Source: Callorhinchus milii
Lineage: Eukaryota
Reading direction: 5' to 3'
NCBI RefSeq assembly: GCF_018977255.1
Contig: NW_024704758.1
Coordinates: 2,170,001 to 2,234,000, forward strand
DNA length: 64,000 nt
Each line of letters starts with the position of its first letter. Position 1 is the stretch's first letter. Position numbers and translations under genes: made by a program. Positions 13,201 to 24,500 of the stretch are shown one piece after another. Below the pieces are notes generated by a model. The model was not told the origin of the DNA. It searched no databases and worked only from the letters and a program-made list of their open reading frames with translations.

Positions 13201-16200
13201 GGGTGGGGGGGGTGGAAGAGAAGGGAGAAAGTACCTTGGAGATTTTTTTGTAAAAGCCCAATTCACCTGTCTCAGTTGATCTTTTTTAAATTTAGGCACA
13301 AACTATAGACGTCTAAGTAACAGTAAGAGGCCACTCGAACCATTCTATCCTGTGACACTCTTTACGATGTGGTAAGGCGCCACCACAAATGCAAGGAATA
13401 TTATTATTATTTTTATTAATATGTAGTATTGCAAACATACCTTTCTGTGTCTCTGAATGATGTTCTCCAGGTCCTGCTCTTTGTTTTTGAGCTCGCGCTT
13501 CAGATGATGATTCCAGCCACTGTGTTTGGACATATCCTGGAGGAACACACCATCATCTCAGCATCAAGCAGCACGATGGGGTGGGGAGAGCGACTTATAC
13601 ACACTGCCTCTCTCCACTCACAGCCACTCCTGCTACTCAGTGTATCAGCTTGGTGTCTGTGTGTCAGCCTGGCTCAGTTGTTAGCACTCTCGTCTCCAAG
13701 TCAGAAGGTTGTGGGTTCAAGCTCCACATTGGGACTTGGACTCGCATAATCTAAGCTGACACTCCATGTGAATGGCCTTGTTTGACCATAAATACATAGA
13801 ATTATTACCCTGGAAAAGCAATCCGCCAATCGACTAACAACCGGGTTCCTACTTACTACTAGGTAAACAGAGGCGTGTGGAGTAAGGAAACTTGCTCAAT
13901 GTTTCACCCTGCCCGGGAATCAAACCCAGGTCCCCTACCCATCAAGGCTTTGCCAATTTGAAATCAATGTGGCTTGAGGCCAGCTGGCACAACTCACCCC
14001 AGAGGTAAACTGTTTTAAGATATACCACGTCTGTGATCAATACTGCATGGTTTGTCTTTGTGGAGTTTCTGTCTGTTATGCACATTACACATTGATTTTG
14101 GAAAAGGTTCCCATCTCCCAAAAAACATCCACTGGGCAATTATTTACACTGGGAGGAGGTGGGGGGGTGGGGGCTAACTTGCAATGTTTACTAAAAAGGA
14201 TGGGAAGTGTTAACTGGAGCTTCCACTTCTCCATCTAATGTGCAAAGCGGTTCTCGGCGATTTCTGAAACCAGTCGGAATGTGAAAGGTTGGAGATATTT
14301 GGGCTTTTTTTTTGCAGCGAACAGCACCAATTAGGCAGTGAATTTAATGGAAAATTGCGGTTATAGGAACATAGGAAAACAGGAGCAGGTCATTCAGCCC
14401 ATCCAGCCTGTTCCAATAATTCTTGGCGTCTTGCCGATTGATAAGACGATATGAAATGCAAAGATTTTATTATTACTATACACTCTTGATAACTCGCCGG
14501 GTGCAGTTTGTGTGAGGCAGGAGAATAGAGGTCCCCGTCTGTCCGTTCTCATTAATCTCAAACAGTAAATGACACCTCGTCACGTCCGGGGGGTAAAAAA
14601 AATGAGACATTAGCAGGTATTTAATTCCAAGAAACTGTTTAGCACACTTCCAATCTCTCTTTATTTTACAGCCATTCAAACGATGAGACCTTAATCCCAT
14701 CAGTCTAGTGCTGTGCCAAAACCAGGCTTAAGAGTCTGATCCCAATGTCTACTGAAGGCTGGAGGCACCAAAGCCTTGATTGGAGTGATGATAATAATAA
14801 TAATCCTTGCATTTGATATAGCGCCTTATCGTGCCTTCCAGATATCGCTTCACAGAATATACTGCAAAATGAATTGACTGCATATTTTATACAGAATCTT
14901 AATCTTCGGAATTAATCAATCAGTTACCTGACTCAGAAGCTTCTCCTTTTCTCTCTTAATCTGTTGTTCCATTTCTTCATACAGACCCTGCACCTCTCGG
15001 TCATGGTCGCTCTCCCTCCTGCACCCAATCCATCAATCAATCAATCAATCAAAATAATCTATCACAATAATCATAATAAACCTCACATTTTGAAATTGAA
15101 CCATATCACGTCATTGATGCACCTCAAAGCACTTCTCAGTGTAGTGGGTAAAGTGTAGTGACTAGTGACTGTGTATAGGCGAAAACTCCTTCTTCTTGGC
15201 TAACACTGGCCTGCATCACATCGCGCCCACCAACCCAACCCGCCCACCCCTTCCTCCCTCCCACCCACAGCCGATTCACTGCACCATGGGGCGGACCAGC
15301 TTTCAGCCATTCTACCCCCCCCCCCCCGCACTCTGACCTCCATCATGGAGTCTCTCCACCTCACTGCTTTAAAGCCCGCTTCAAACCCCATCCTTTTGAC
15401 CGCACTCTCAGCCACCTTTCCCCACCATCCTCAGCTCCCTCCCCACAGCTCAGGCTCCCAGTCTGCTGTGCAAATCTACTCCGAGACATACTTGTGACCA
15501 TATAAAATGTACGGTTGCTGAGGTTACCGTTTCAGGGCCTGCTCTATGCTCTCTCGGTCCTGTTGGAACTCAAGGATGCGAAAGGAAACTTTGGACAAGA
15601 ACTCTTCGAAGTTTGCCAGTAATTCCGGCCGATCTCTCCGCAATCTGGTCCACAGCTGCCGTACTTCGCTCTGGCTAGGAACGGAGACAAGAGGTTTATT
15701 AATTTTATTTATTTTGTGGGTTGGGAGGGGCTGCGAAATCAAGAATGAGACAAAGACCTTATGCCTTATTCATAAAACAAATTGAAACCCAAAGGCTAGA
15801 CACTTAATAACAAGTTAATTAACTCCTTCTGTGGGACAGTAATACTCATGTGTTTCTCCCACAAAATATTCATTCACTACACTGTATATTCTGTGAAGCA
15901 CTTGGAAACGTCTCGAAGATGTGATTAAGGCAAGGATCAAATGCAAGGATTATTATTATTATAGTCCATTGAGCTTGTTCAGTTATATGGTTACATCACG
16001 TCAGATCTCTTAAACCAATTTCCCTTTGCCTTTCCCCCATGTGATTCTATGAGGACAAGTTTGCAGGGCTATGGGGAGAGCGTGGGATTGATTTGAATAG
16101 CTCTTTTCAAAGAGCCAATGGGCCAAATGGCCTCCTTCTGTAATAATAATATTCCTTGCATTTGACATAATAATAATAATAATCCTTGCATTTGATATAG

Positions 16201-19200
16201 CGCTTTTCACGTCTTCTAGACGTCTCAAAGCGCTTCACAGAATATACTGTAAAGTGAATTGACTGTATATTTGTGGGCGAAACTGTATTCCTTCACAAGT
16301 ATCTAGATGTCTAAACATTCCAATGGATTCAGCATCTTCTCAGCCTGTTTACTTGACCCAACGTATGGTGTTAACTTGACATTGCAATTCTGGCCGACAG
16401 GTAAAATCGTTCACTCTCTATATGGCTGTTTGTGGCACGTTGCTGTGTACAAACTGACTGCCCACAAAAACATGCAGTCACTGCAATTTACAGTGTATCC
16501 TGTGAAGCACTTTGAGACGTTCTCCCAATGTAAAAGGCACTATACAAAAAATAACAGCAAATTGCATTTATATGGTGCCTTTCACGTTGGAGGATGTCCC
16601 AAGACGCTGGACAATGAGGGGTTTGCACCCAAGCTGGGAATCAGAGAGGGTGCAAATAATAATAAATAATAATAATCTTTGCATTTGATATAATGCCTTA
16701 TCACGTCTTTGAGACGTCTGAAAGCGCTTCACAGAATATACTGTAAAGTGAATTGACTGTGTATTTTGTGGGCGAATGTAAATGAATAAAGAAAAATAAG
16801 TGTAAGTGTAATTACCAAATGTAAGGACCATCATATTATTATTATTCTCTCATTTCAGTACAATAGAAATAAACACGTATTGTTAATAGAAATAAATACT
16901 TATGTGACATTGAATCTGCCTCTAGGTCAAAGCTACACAGCTCTTCACAGCCAATTTGAATTGAAGGATGCAAATTCATTGGAATCTTTCTACATCGAGT
17001 CCAGGTGCACCTTATTGCATAACTAACCTTGGGATGTCCTCCTGACGTGAAAGGCTCTATATAAATGCAATTTGCTGTTGTTTGTTATATAGCGCCTTTT
17101 ATGTTGGGAGGATGTCTCAAAGTGCTTCACAGGATGTGCTGTAAATTGAATTTTCGAGTCATGCCTACAATAGCAATACAGAATCCTTACACTTGATGTG
17201 GAGAGTTCCATGTCGGGTGGATATCTTAAAGGTATTCACAGGATACACTGGAAAGTGTAGTGACTGTATTTTGTAAGGCAAACAAACTGGAGTGCCTGCC
17301 TAGGCTATGACTAGAACACAATCTCGACTGGTGCATCAAGAGGGTAATGAAGGCAAAGGGAGAGAAGTCAGAGAGCAAAAATCCTACTCAAGGTGCGGAC
17401 ACTCGCTGCTATGCTGGGGCAAGGGAATGAGTATTTTGTCTTAACATTGGAAAATAGCCCTCATGTAAACATAGGCTTGGCAGCGCTCTGAACTAGTGCA
17501 ATAAGCTGTCCTCTGATGACACTATGTCCTGATTGAGAAGGAACACGCAACGTGAGGCATACAAAACCACCAGGTGTCTGCAATGCAGCAACCATGTCAT
17601 GAATTGTGCACAAAGGTTTGACCTTGGGAGCTAAGGGACAAGTGTGACCACAATGCTACTAACTTTCTAAAGTAAAGGGCGAAATGTTGGTCAAGCTTCC
17701 TTACTCCACGCGCCTCTATTTACCAGCAGCAAGTAGGAACCCGGTTGTTAGTCGATTGGCGGATCACGTTCCAGGGGGTAATAATCCCTCCAAAAAATAA
17801 TAAATAATAATTTGGTCACTCAATCCACGACTGTCTGTGGGACACTGTTGGACGCAATTGGCTGTTGCGTTTTGCCCACAAAATATACAGTCAATTAACT
17901 TTACAGTTAATTCTGTGAAGAGCTTTGAGATGACTCGAAGACATGATAAGGCGTCATATCAAACTATTATTATCACTCACTCTTTAAACACCTGCGAGGC
18001 TCCCAGGTGCTGCATCATGGAACAGAATCGGTCCTCTTCCTCGTCGTCCATCATGTCCAGGTCATCTGACTCGAACGTTTCCTCGTAGCTGGAGTTCTCC
18101 AGGCTCCCCCGCTCTGTAACGATCTCAACTCCGATGTACTGACCTGAGAAGAGACAACGTGACAGGCTACTCTCCACCGCGAGGAGAAGGACAGGAGATC
18201 GCCGGAGAGGTTCGTGTTTGTGCGACTCCAAGTTATGACCAAGTTTAATCCTCCAACCACTCCCCAGGCTTTACCTGGGAACATTTTTTTTTAATCTAAG
18301 GCAGATTCCTATCTAGAGCTAAGAGTAATACTGTACGTGATGCTTATATATATATAGGGTAATATCCCACTGTGTGTTCCTCTAGCGAGTCCATAGTATT
18401 ATATCAAAGTATTAAAGAGGGTCGCAGCCAGTTTTTATTTGGAAACTTAAGTGCTCCAAGACCCCGTCCAGCGTGACAGGCGCTTTCTAAACTCAAGATG
18501 TTGTTGAAGAAACTTGTCCAGAGCCTTTGCTCCTCTGAACCACGGGGTTTATGCTCGTAGATTGGCTTAGTGCCATTGTCTCAGGTACGGCGAGGTCACA
18601 CAGGTGGAAGGACGGACGGCCACCTCTCCCGCCCTCAGAACTCGTGTCACGGGATTTCCTGACGCACGACACCGCTCTGAGACGTACCCAGCCCCTGGCT
18701 GAATTCCACCGGCGTCAGGTAGCCGTTCCTGTCCTGGTCCAGGCTGTCAAACACCGCTTCCAACTGATCCGGGGTCAGGGGCAACTCATTCTGCAGCCTC
18801 TGCAACAACCCAAAGGGAAAGGTCAGAGTTACAACAGCTTCCAGCAACTGGGTGGGGGGGCGCGGAGAAAGAGGTTGGAGTTGGGATTAGGTAATAAGAA
18901 TAACACTTGCATTTGACACAGGGCCTTTTATGTCAAGCTGACATCTTGAAACGCTTCACTGGATTTTCTGTAAAGTGTAGTGTCTGTGTCGTTTTGTAGG
19001 CGAACGCAGCAGGGGCTAATTTGCACACAGCAACGTCACCCACAAATATCCAGAGGGGAACGATCTGAGGGGATTGTCGGCCAGGACACTGGGAGAGACA
19101 CGCCCAATAGTTGCTGAACAAGCTGAAGGCCAATTTCAGGACAGACTCCAGGAGGTATTTCTTTACTTAGAAGGTAATCGGTAAAGCTCTCTGAGATGCT

Positions 19201-21518
19201 CCCCTGCGTGAGAGCCGCTATATAAATGCAAGTTGTTGTTGTTGTTGTAATTAACGCCCGGAACAGGTTGAGGTCAGCAAACTGAACTTATTTAAGAAAT
19301 AGCTCGATGCTGTGATGGGTAGGCCTGATATTAAGGAGAGACAAAATCAAATGGGCCAAAAGGTCTTCTACATCTGAACTCAGCTTGTGATGAGCCATTC
19401 CTCTCAAGGGAGGGGAAGCGTAGGAAACTGATGGGGTCGTGGTGGGAGTGGTGGGGGGGGAGGGTTGTAAGCAATATCGCTCTAAAACTGACAAGCTCGA
19501 AGAGGGTTAGTTCAACAACAGCTACGTTTTGTAAGGCTGTTGTGTAGAAGGTAGACAGACAGACAGAGAGACAGAGAGACAGACAGACAGACGTTGAGGA
19601 AACAAGAACACGCTTCCAAAAAACACACACACAAGCTGCACAATAGACGAGCAAATAGCCACAAGGCTTGCCAGGAAACCCCTTTTATTCACGTTAGTTT
19701 CCAAGTTAAATGAACAATAACTTCACGGTAATGACTTCCTACATGATTTTTTAAAAAAATATATATGTATAACATGGTTTCCTCTGGTTGGCAGAGGAAT
19801 GAACCGAAACATCCTCACAATAACTTTACCCCACCTCAAAAAAAGAAGCTGAGATCAAAGGAGTTGAAAACCTGCTAAACAGTACGAGTTGTGATAGGAT
19901 AACATAACATAACATGTAGGAGCAGGAGGAGGCCATTCGGCCCTTCAAGCCTGTCCCGCCATTCAATCATGGCTGATCTTCTAATCTAACTCCAGCTAAT
20001 ACCATAACCCTACCTTATCCCCATATCCCTTAATCCCTTTTGCAATAAGAAATATATCTATCTCAGTCTTGAATATGTTCAAGGACAGCCCTTTGGGGTA
20101 GTGAGTTCAAATGGATGTCGCTAAGAGACAACAAAGACTGTACAGCACGGAAAAGAGTCACTCGGCCCAACTAGTCTGTGCCGGTGTTTATACTCCCTAA
20201 GAGACTGTGCCTATTCCTTACTGCCTTGCGTATCCGTCGATTCCCCAACATACACAGAGCTGAGCCCCGTTTTAACAAGAGAGTTGGGTCCAGAAAATAC
20301 CAGCCAGCGTCATAGGCATCACACACGTCCGCAGAAAGGTGGCCGGCTTCCCTCGCTTGAAAAAAAAAGAAATGACTTCCAGATCAACGGGTCACTCGCA
20401 ACATCTCTTCCCGTCACACGCTCAGAGCCAGGAAGTGACCCAGAAGTCGTCCTTTTTTTTATATAAGTGGTCGGTGTCTTGAAAGGTTCAGGGAAATGTC
20501 ACCTCGATCACGGTATAAGAGAAATCGGGTTATAACCGGGTTCCACCGTACATCAGTGAATAGTATTATTATTATTAGCTCCGGATTAAGCACTTTGGAG
20601 TCCGTTGAGGAGTATTAGCTTGCAAGCCCTTAATCTAGGAATTGTTCCTGGGAGAGGCTGTTTAACTGAAGGAAGTATTCGGAAGTCGCTTGCGTTCAAA
20701 CAGTCTGTCACATCTGTGAGCTGGAGAGCAGGACATTCATTCCTGGTTCCCAGCGGGTCCCTTAAGCCTTTATAAAAACAAACTTGCAGCAGCTGGGAGG
20801 CTGAAAGTCTCTGAAGCATTTAAACATTTCCCCGTTCGGCTTCAGAGGCAGAACGTTGCTCAAGTCCCGAATCTGCGCAGCGAGTGGCTTCTTTCATTAT
20901 TGTACATTATTATTAATGAAATCCACAGGGAGGCAGAGTGAGGTGTGGGGGGGATGGGAACAAACTGAGAGAGCAAATGCAATGCAAATGCAAAGACTAG
21001 CAACCCCTCCCCCCTCCCCCCCCAAAAAAAGGAGAGGTGTTGTTCTCCGTGGCTACAACAAGACCAACTTGCATTTATATATTGGCCCTCACGCAGGGTA
21101 GTGTGTCCCAGAGAGCTTGACAGTGGCTGAGCCTGACACTGAGTTGACCGTAGCCACCGTCAAAGAGGAAGGTCTTTAGGCCCGACCTGAAGATGGGGAA
21201 GGAAGGAGCAAGGCGGAGAGAGATGGAGGAAGAGTGTTCCAGAGTTTTGGGGTGTAGTGGCCACCGCCTCAGAGACAAACACATCACAGTAACTAACGAT
21301 CCCCAGACCCGGTTGCTCGAGGTTACCTGCATGTCCCGCTTGGTGATGAAGCCGTTTCCCTCTTTGTCACACAATTGGAAGAGTTCCCGAGCTTTCTCCA
21401 GCATCTGGTGCCGAGCCTCGTTGCCCGACTCCGTGTTTGCCCCGGCTGCGGCGTTCCCGGTCGCCCCCACATCCTGCACGCCCCAGGGGCTGGCCAACGT
21501 GCGCCTCCTGCTGGCCAT
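1147..21518 (-). CDS. CRACR2B: CRACR2B/EFCAB4A-like EF-hand + coiled-coil + Rab GTPase protein, long isoform (~700 aa, 17 coding exons; apparent 1-nt phase break in exon 7)
   Basis: Exons assembled by hand with GT-AG boundaries: 21518-21327, 18799-18688, 18143-17981, 15674-15528, 15018-14928, 13536-13441, 12178-11992, 11571-11500, 10552-10498, 6885-6806, 6050-5747, 4825-4690, 3969-3888, 2897-2783, 1928-1821, 1598-1522, 1231-1147 (2102 nt). Phases are consistent except at exon 7/8. EF loops [12 protein letters not shown] and [12 protein letters not shown]; Rab motifs [26 protein letters not shown]-terminus KRGCC. Symbol from same-strand adjacency to PNPLA2 (as at human 11p15.5) and CRACR2-type coiled-coil sequence. 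Confidence 0.85.
1522..1598 (-). CDS. CRACR2B: CRACR2B exon 16, Rab G5 ([25 protein letters not shown])
   Basis: Translated by hand; ECSA motif; AG|GTAAGC donor. Confidence 0.92.
1821..1928 (-). CDS. CRACR2B: CRACR2B exon 15, Rab G4 ([36 protein letters not shown])
   Basis: GNKxD motif; AAG|GTGAGT donor. Confidence 0.93.
2783..2897 (-). CDS. CRACR2B: CRACR2B exon 14 ([38 protein letters not shown])
   Basis: RabF3-F5-like motifs; AAG acceptor, CAG|GTAATA donor. Confidence 0.93.
3888..3969 (-). CDS. CRACR2B: CRACR2B exon 13, Rab G3 ([26 protein letters not shown])
   Basis: WDTAGQE motif; GT-AG boundaries; phase 1->2. Confidence 0.94.
4690..4825 (-). CDS. CRACR2B: CRACR2B exon 12, Rab G1/G2 ([38 protein letters not shown])
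   Basis: Translated by hand; P-loop GNSGVGKS; ttccag acceptor, G|GTAAAT donor. Confidence 0.93.
5747..6050 (-). CDS. CRACR2B: CRACR2B long-form exon 11 (low-complexity linker ending ...[14 protein letters not shown])
   Basis: gtgcag acceptor; in-frame donor [17 protein letters not shown] resembles SPRGQPVG of CRACR2A. Confidence 0.8.
6806..6885 (-). CDS. CRACR2B: CRACR2B long-form exon 10 ([26 protein letters not shown])
   Basis: ttccag acceptor, CG|GTTAGA donor; GSVIGxY resembles the CRACR2A long-isoform linker; phase 0->2. Confidence 0.82.
10498..10552 (-). CDS. CRACR2B: CRACR2B exon 9 ([18 protein letters not shown]); read-through of its donor extends to a stop at 10389-10387
   Basis: gctcag acceptor, CTG|GTTAGT donor, LRDERD motif. 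Confidence 0.9.
11500..11571 (-). CDS. CRACR2B: CRACR2B exon 8 ([23 protein letters not shown])
   Basis: ccacag acceptor, AG|GTAATT donor, CRACR2-family motif. Confidence 0.9.
11992..12178 (-). CDS. CRACR2B: CRACR2B exon 7 ([33 protein letters not shown]...; 187 nt, 1 nt short of expected phase)
   Basis: ctgcag acceptor, CAG|GTAGAC donor. The coiled-coil reading switches frame near 12022-12030 (…ILQ / [11 protein letters not shown]). Confidence 0.85.
13441..13536 (-). CDS. CRACR2B: CRACR2B exon 6 ([32 protein letters not shown])
   Basis: ctccag acceptor, AAG|GTATGT donor, 96 nt, coiled coil. Confidence 0.88.
14928..15018 (-). CDS. CRACR2B: CRACR2B exon 5 ([30 protein letters not shown])
   Basis: Translated by hand; LYEEMEQQI coiled-coil motif typical of CRACR2/RASEF/RAB44; phase 2->0. 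Confidence 0.92.
15528..15674 (-). CDS. CRACR2B: CRACR2B exon 4 ([29 protein letters not shown]...IEQALK)
   Basis: ttcctag acceptor, CG|GTAACC donor, CRACR2-family LWxxLRRDxPELLxxFEEFL motif. Confidence 0.92.
17981..18143 (-). CDS. CRACR2B: CRACR2B exon 3 (GQYIGVE...[35 protein letters not shown])
   Basis: ttctcag acceptor, GA|GTGAGT donor, phase 1->2. Confidence 0.9.
18688..18799 (-). CDS. CRACR2B: CRACR2B exon 2 ([39 protein letters not shown]-hand 2)
   Basis: ttgcag acceptor, G|GTACGT donor, canonical EF loop, phase 0->1. Confidence 0.92.
19900..20110 (-). mobile_element. CR1 3'-end fragment
   Basis: Matches the 3' end of the 34158 CR1. Others at ~5608-5700, 14365-14415 and 26005-26175. 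Confidence 0.8.
21327..21518 (-). CDS. CRACR2B: CRACR2B coding exon 1 (MASRRR...[24 protein letters not shown]-hand 1)
   Basis: ATG at 21518-21516, donor CAG|GTAACC. An upstream acceptor (ctcctcacag, exon edge 21566) implies a further 5' exon. Confidence 0.85.
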
Positions 21519-24500
21519 TCCGCCTCTGTATCTCGCTCTGTCTCTCGCCACGGACCCCAGCGTGCGCTGTGAGGAGCAACAACGAGTGTGAGCTAGCGAG
21601 CGAGCGTGTGTGTGTGTGTGCGCATCACTGAGGTTTGTGAGATGAGGCACCATCGCTTAGCAACAGCTCACTAACGACTCTCCGACAAACGCAGTCATTG
21701 AGCGTCAGGCCGAAAGGTCCAGCCGGAATGAACGGGAAGAACAAGGGACGGCAACGCAGGTTGTACAGACACATCAGCTTTGACAGACAGGGGATGCACA
21801 ATCCAGGTGGTTCACAAAGTCCTGTTACTCCCCCACCCACCCACCCACTTTTTTTTCTTCTTCTTACAATTAATTTTTATTTCCTATTGCAGTTGAGTCG
21901 ACCGTAACAATGTCTTGATACCAGTAACTTCCTCCTCGCTGACTCCATCCACTTCACGCAAGATGTGGCCCTGAAAATGATGGTGCTCACACTCACACAC
22001 ACTCACGCGCACTCACGCTGATCCTCTGGACGTCTCAGTGCAGTTAAAACACCGAATTCAATGAAGCACTTCTAAACGCATTGCTCATCATTCTCGCACA
22101 TGTTTCAGTTGTTGGTCAGTGCATTCCAGACAAAAAAAACAACGCATGGGGGTTAACAGGACTTTGGGAACACCCTCTTAGATGGAAGTTCAGGGTTAGG
22201 TTAGTTGAGTTTCGCTGACGTGGCTGGTGTTCTGATCTGCCTGGTTGCCTCCTGCTCTGTGAGAATGCGCCCATCAGGGGCACAGAGCTCAGAGCAAACC
22301 TGTTAATGAATAGCACGATCATGAGAAGAACACCAGCCTCAACACAAGCGACGGCTGTTTATATTGTGTGGGAAGTCCAAATATTTCTTGGGGTGGTGGG
22401 CGGGGGGGCGGTTTCCAGAAAAGCGAACGATGTGCATTAAAAAAAAGTTGGAAGGACCCTTGGGGATACGTGAATAGCTGCTGCACCCTCACTGGGCAAG
22501 GGTGGGTGGGGGGTGGGGAGTGAGAAAGAGAGGGATAGAGTGAGAGAGAGAGAGAGAGAGAGAGAGGGAAAGGGTTGGGATGTCAAAAGACAAATATTTG
22601 GTTGCAACTGCAAGCTAACAGTCCGCATCCTTGTGCTGGTGTTGTGAGGGGCCAAAGGTTCTTGTAATTAAGGGCAGGAACAAACAGTGATAACTCAACT
22701 CATTGGGTTTTCAGGAATTGGATGAATTCCTCAGCTGAGTGAGGAGCGTTGGTTAAATAGAGGTCACTGAAACCCAGCCAACACTCTATCCCACCTGGGA
22801 CCGTCATGACCTTACTTCCAAAATTGGCAATCCGTGATGACTTGCCCATGAAATACACAGTCACTCCACTTTACAGTATATTCTGCGAAGCCCTTTGAGA
22901 TGTCTCAATGACATAAGGGGCTATATCAAATGCAACAATTATTATAATACAAGGTGCTCTCATTCTCCTCCACGCACTTCCAACACACACACACAAGGAC
23001 TTCTGGGCAGGTTGCCTTTACCTGCTCAATCTTTCAGCGATTAGATAACCCTCGGCTGAATTAGATAACCCTCGAGCCTCTTGCATTGACTTCCAGAGCA
23101 CAACAGCAGCAGAACATGACTCACAACTACAGAAGTCGCTGTAGACGCAGCGGGTCAGACAGCATCCACGGAGAGAAGAAAAAAAGTTTCAGGTCTATCG
23201 CCAAAGGTTTTTGGTAGTAGACTTGAAACGTTCAAGTGATTGACCTGTTGTTTGTTCCAACGGGGACTTCTGTGTTTGGACCAGATTTGCAGTATCTGCA
23301 GTACTTTGCTGTTTTTTTTTATGACTTACAACTAACTCGCTGGCACACAGGGCACCTCTCTTAGTTCCTCCCCACTGAACATAACTACAATGGTGAGAGT
23401 ACACAGCAGGAAGTGCTTTTAGGCTGCTTAAGATTTTAGTCTCTATGGAGTGTTTATTAAAATGAGGTGATAATTCAAGCTCCTGGTGTGTTGGATGTTA
23501 CACAACTTTCACATCCGCTCAGTACCAGTTACAGTCACACACACACACATCTTACTTATATGCGCACGTAGGTCTCATTCACAAAGCTTCTCGACGGCCT
23601 ATTGTATCGTTCACTTTTGGGCAGAATGTATGACATTTGGCATTATCTTAATTGTTACTAATTGGTCAACTCGTTACCAAGTGTCACCCTGGCATCTGCG
23701 ATGGGGTCTCTCCGACACAGAAAGATAAGGTCAAATCATCTCCTACGGTGTCCAAGATTTCTGTGCTATTTTCCCCTCTCTTGCTATCTCCTTCTCTCCT
23801 GAAGTCAATGACCTGAGCCTAATAGGATTCTCTGCAGCTGTGATCCACTGGCACCACTCCCAATTGGCCACTCTCTGCCCGCAGGCCTTGGCACTGGATA
23901 TCTGGGACCAAATCTGCTCATGTCCTTATCCAGCATAACCACACCTGCACCTTTTCCATAGGGGGGAGCGCGAGTGGTAGAGCACTTGGTGGACACAGAT
24001 CAGGAGCCCTGGCCAATTCCATCTTCCCTACAAATATTGAACGTCCGTGACCTCCCTAAAACCTCACTTTAAATGGGCCGCATCGTTGGAATTCTCCTTC
24101 AGGGCCTTGGGAGGTCCTCCCAAGGCTTTATACAAGTGTAATCTTGTTGTTGTTTCTCTTTTACAATAGGGGAAATGTTCCCTCCCTCCTTCCCTCCACC
24201 TCTCTCTCTTCTGAAGGAGTCAGTGTCCTGGACCAAGTGCTTTGACACAAGTCACCACAGGGCTGTCGCTGTTTGCTATGGAGGAGTTTCTCCGTTCATT
24301 TTGTTTGAGAGCTGCGTTATCACTTCGCAGCTTCCCTAAAGAATAATATTGACCAGGCAAACAACGGTGACATGTGGGTTCATCATCCGTCTTGGAGAGG
24401 GGTTGCAGATACTGGAGGTCAGGGCCGCGGACTCCACGTAGGAACTTAAATTAGCTACAAAATACACAGTCGCTGGACAGTAAATCCCGTGAAACGCTTT

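Noticed and set aside
23022..23086. Possible upstream coding exon MQEARGLSNSAEGYLIAERLS with a GTAAAG donor and a 20-bp-period direct repeat
   Set aside because: It ends in phase 2 while the 21566 acceptor needs phase 0; at most a UTR exon, with no support.
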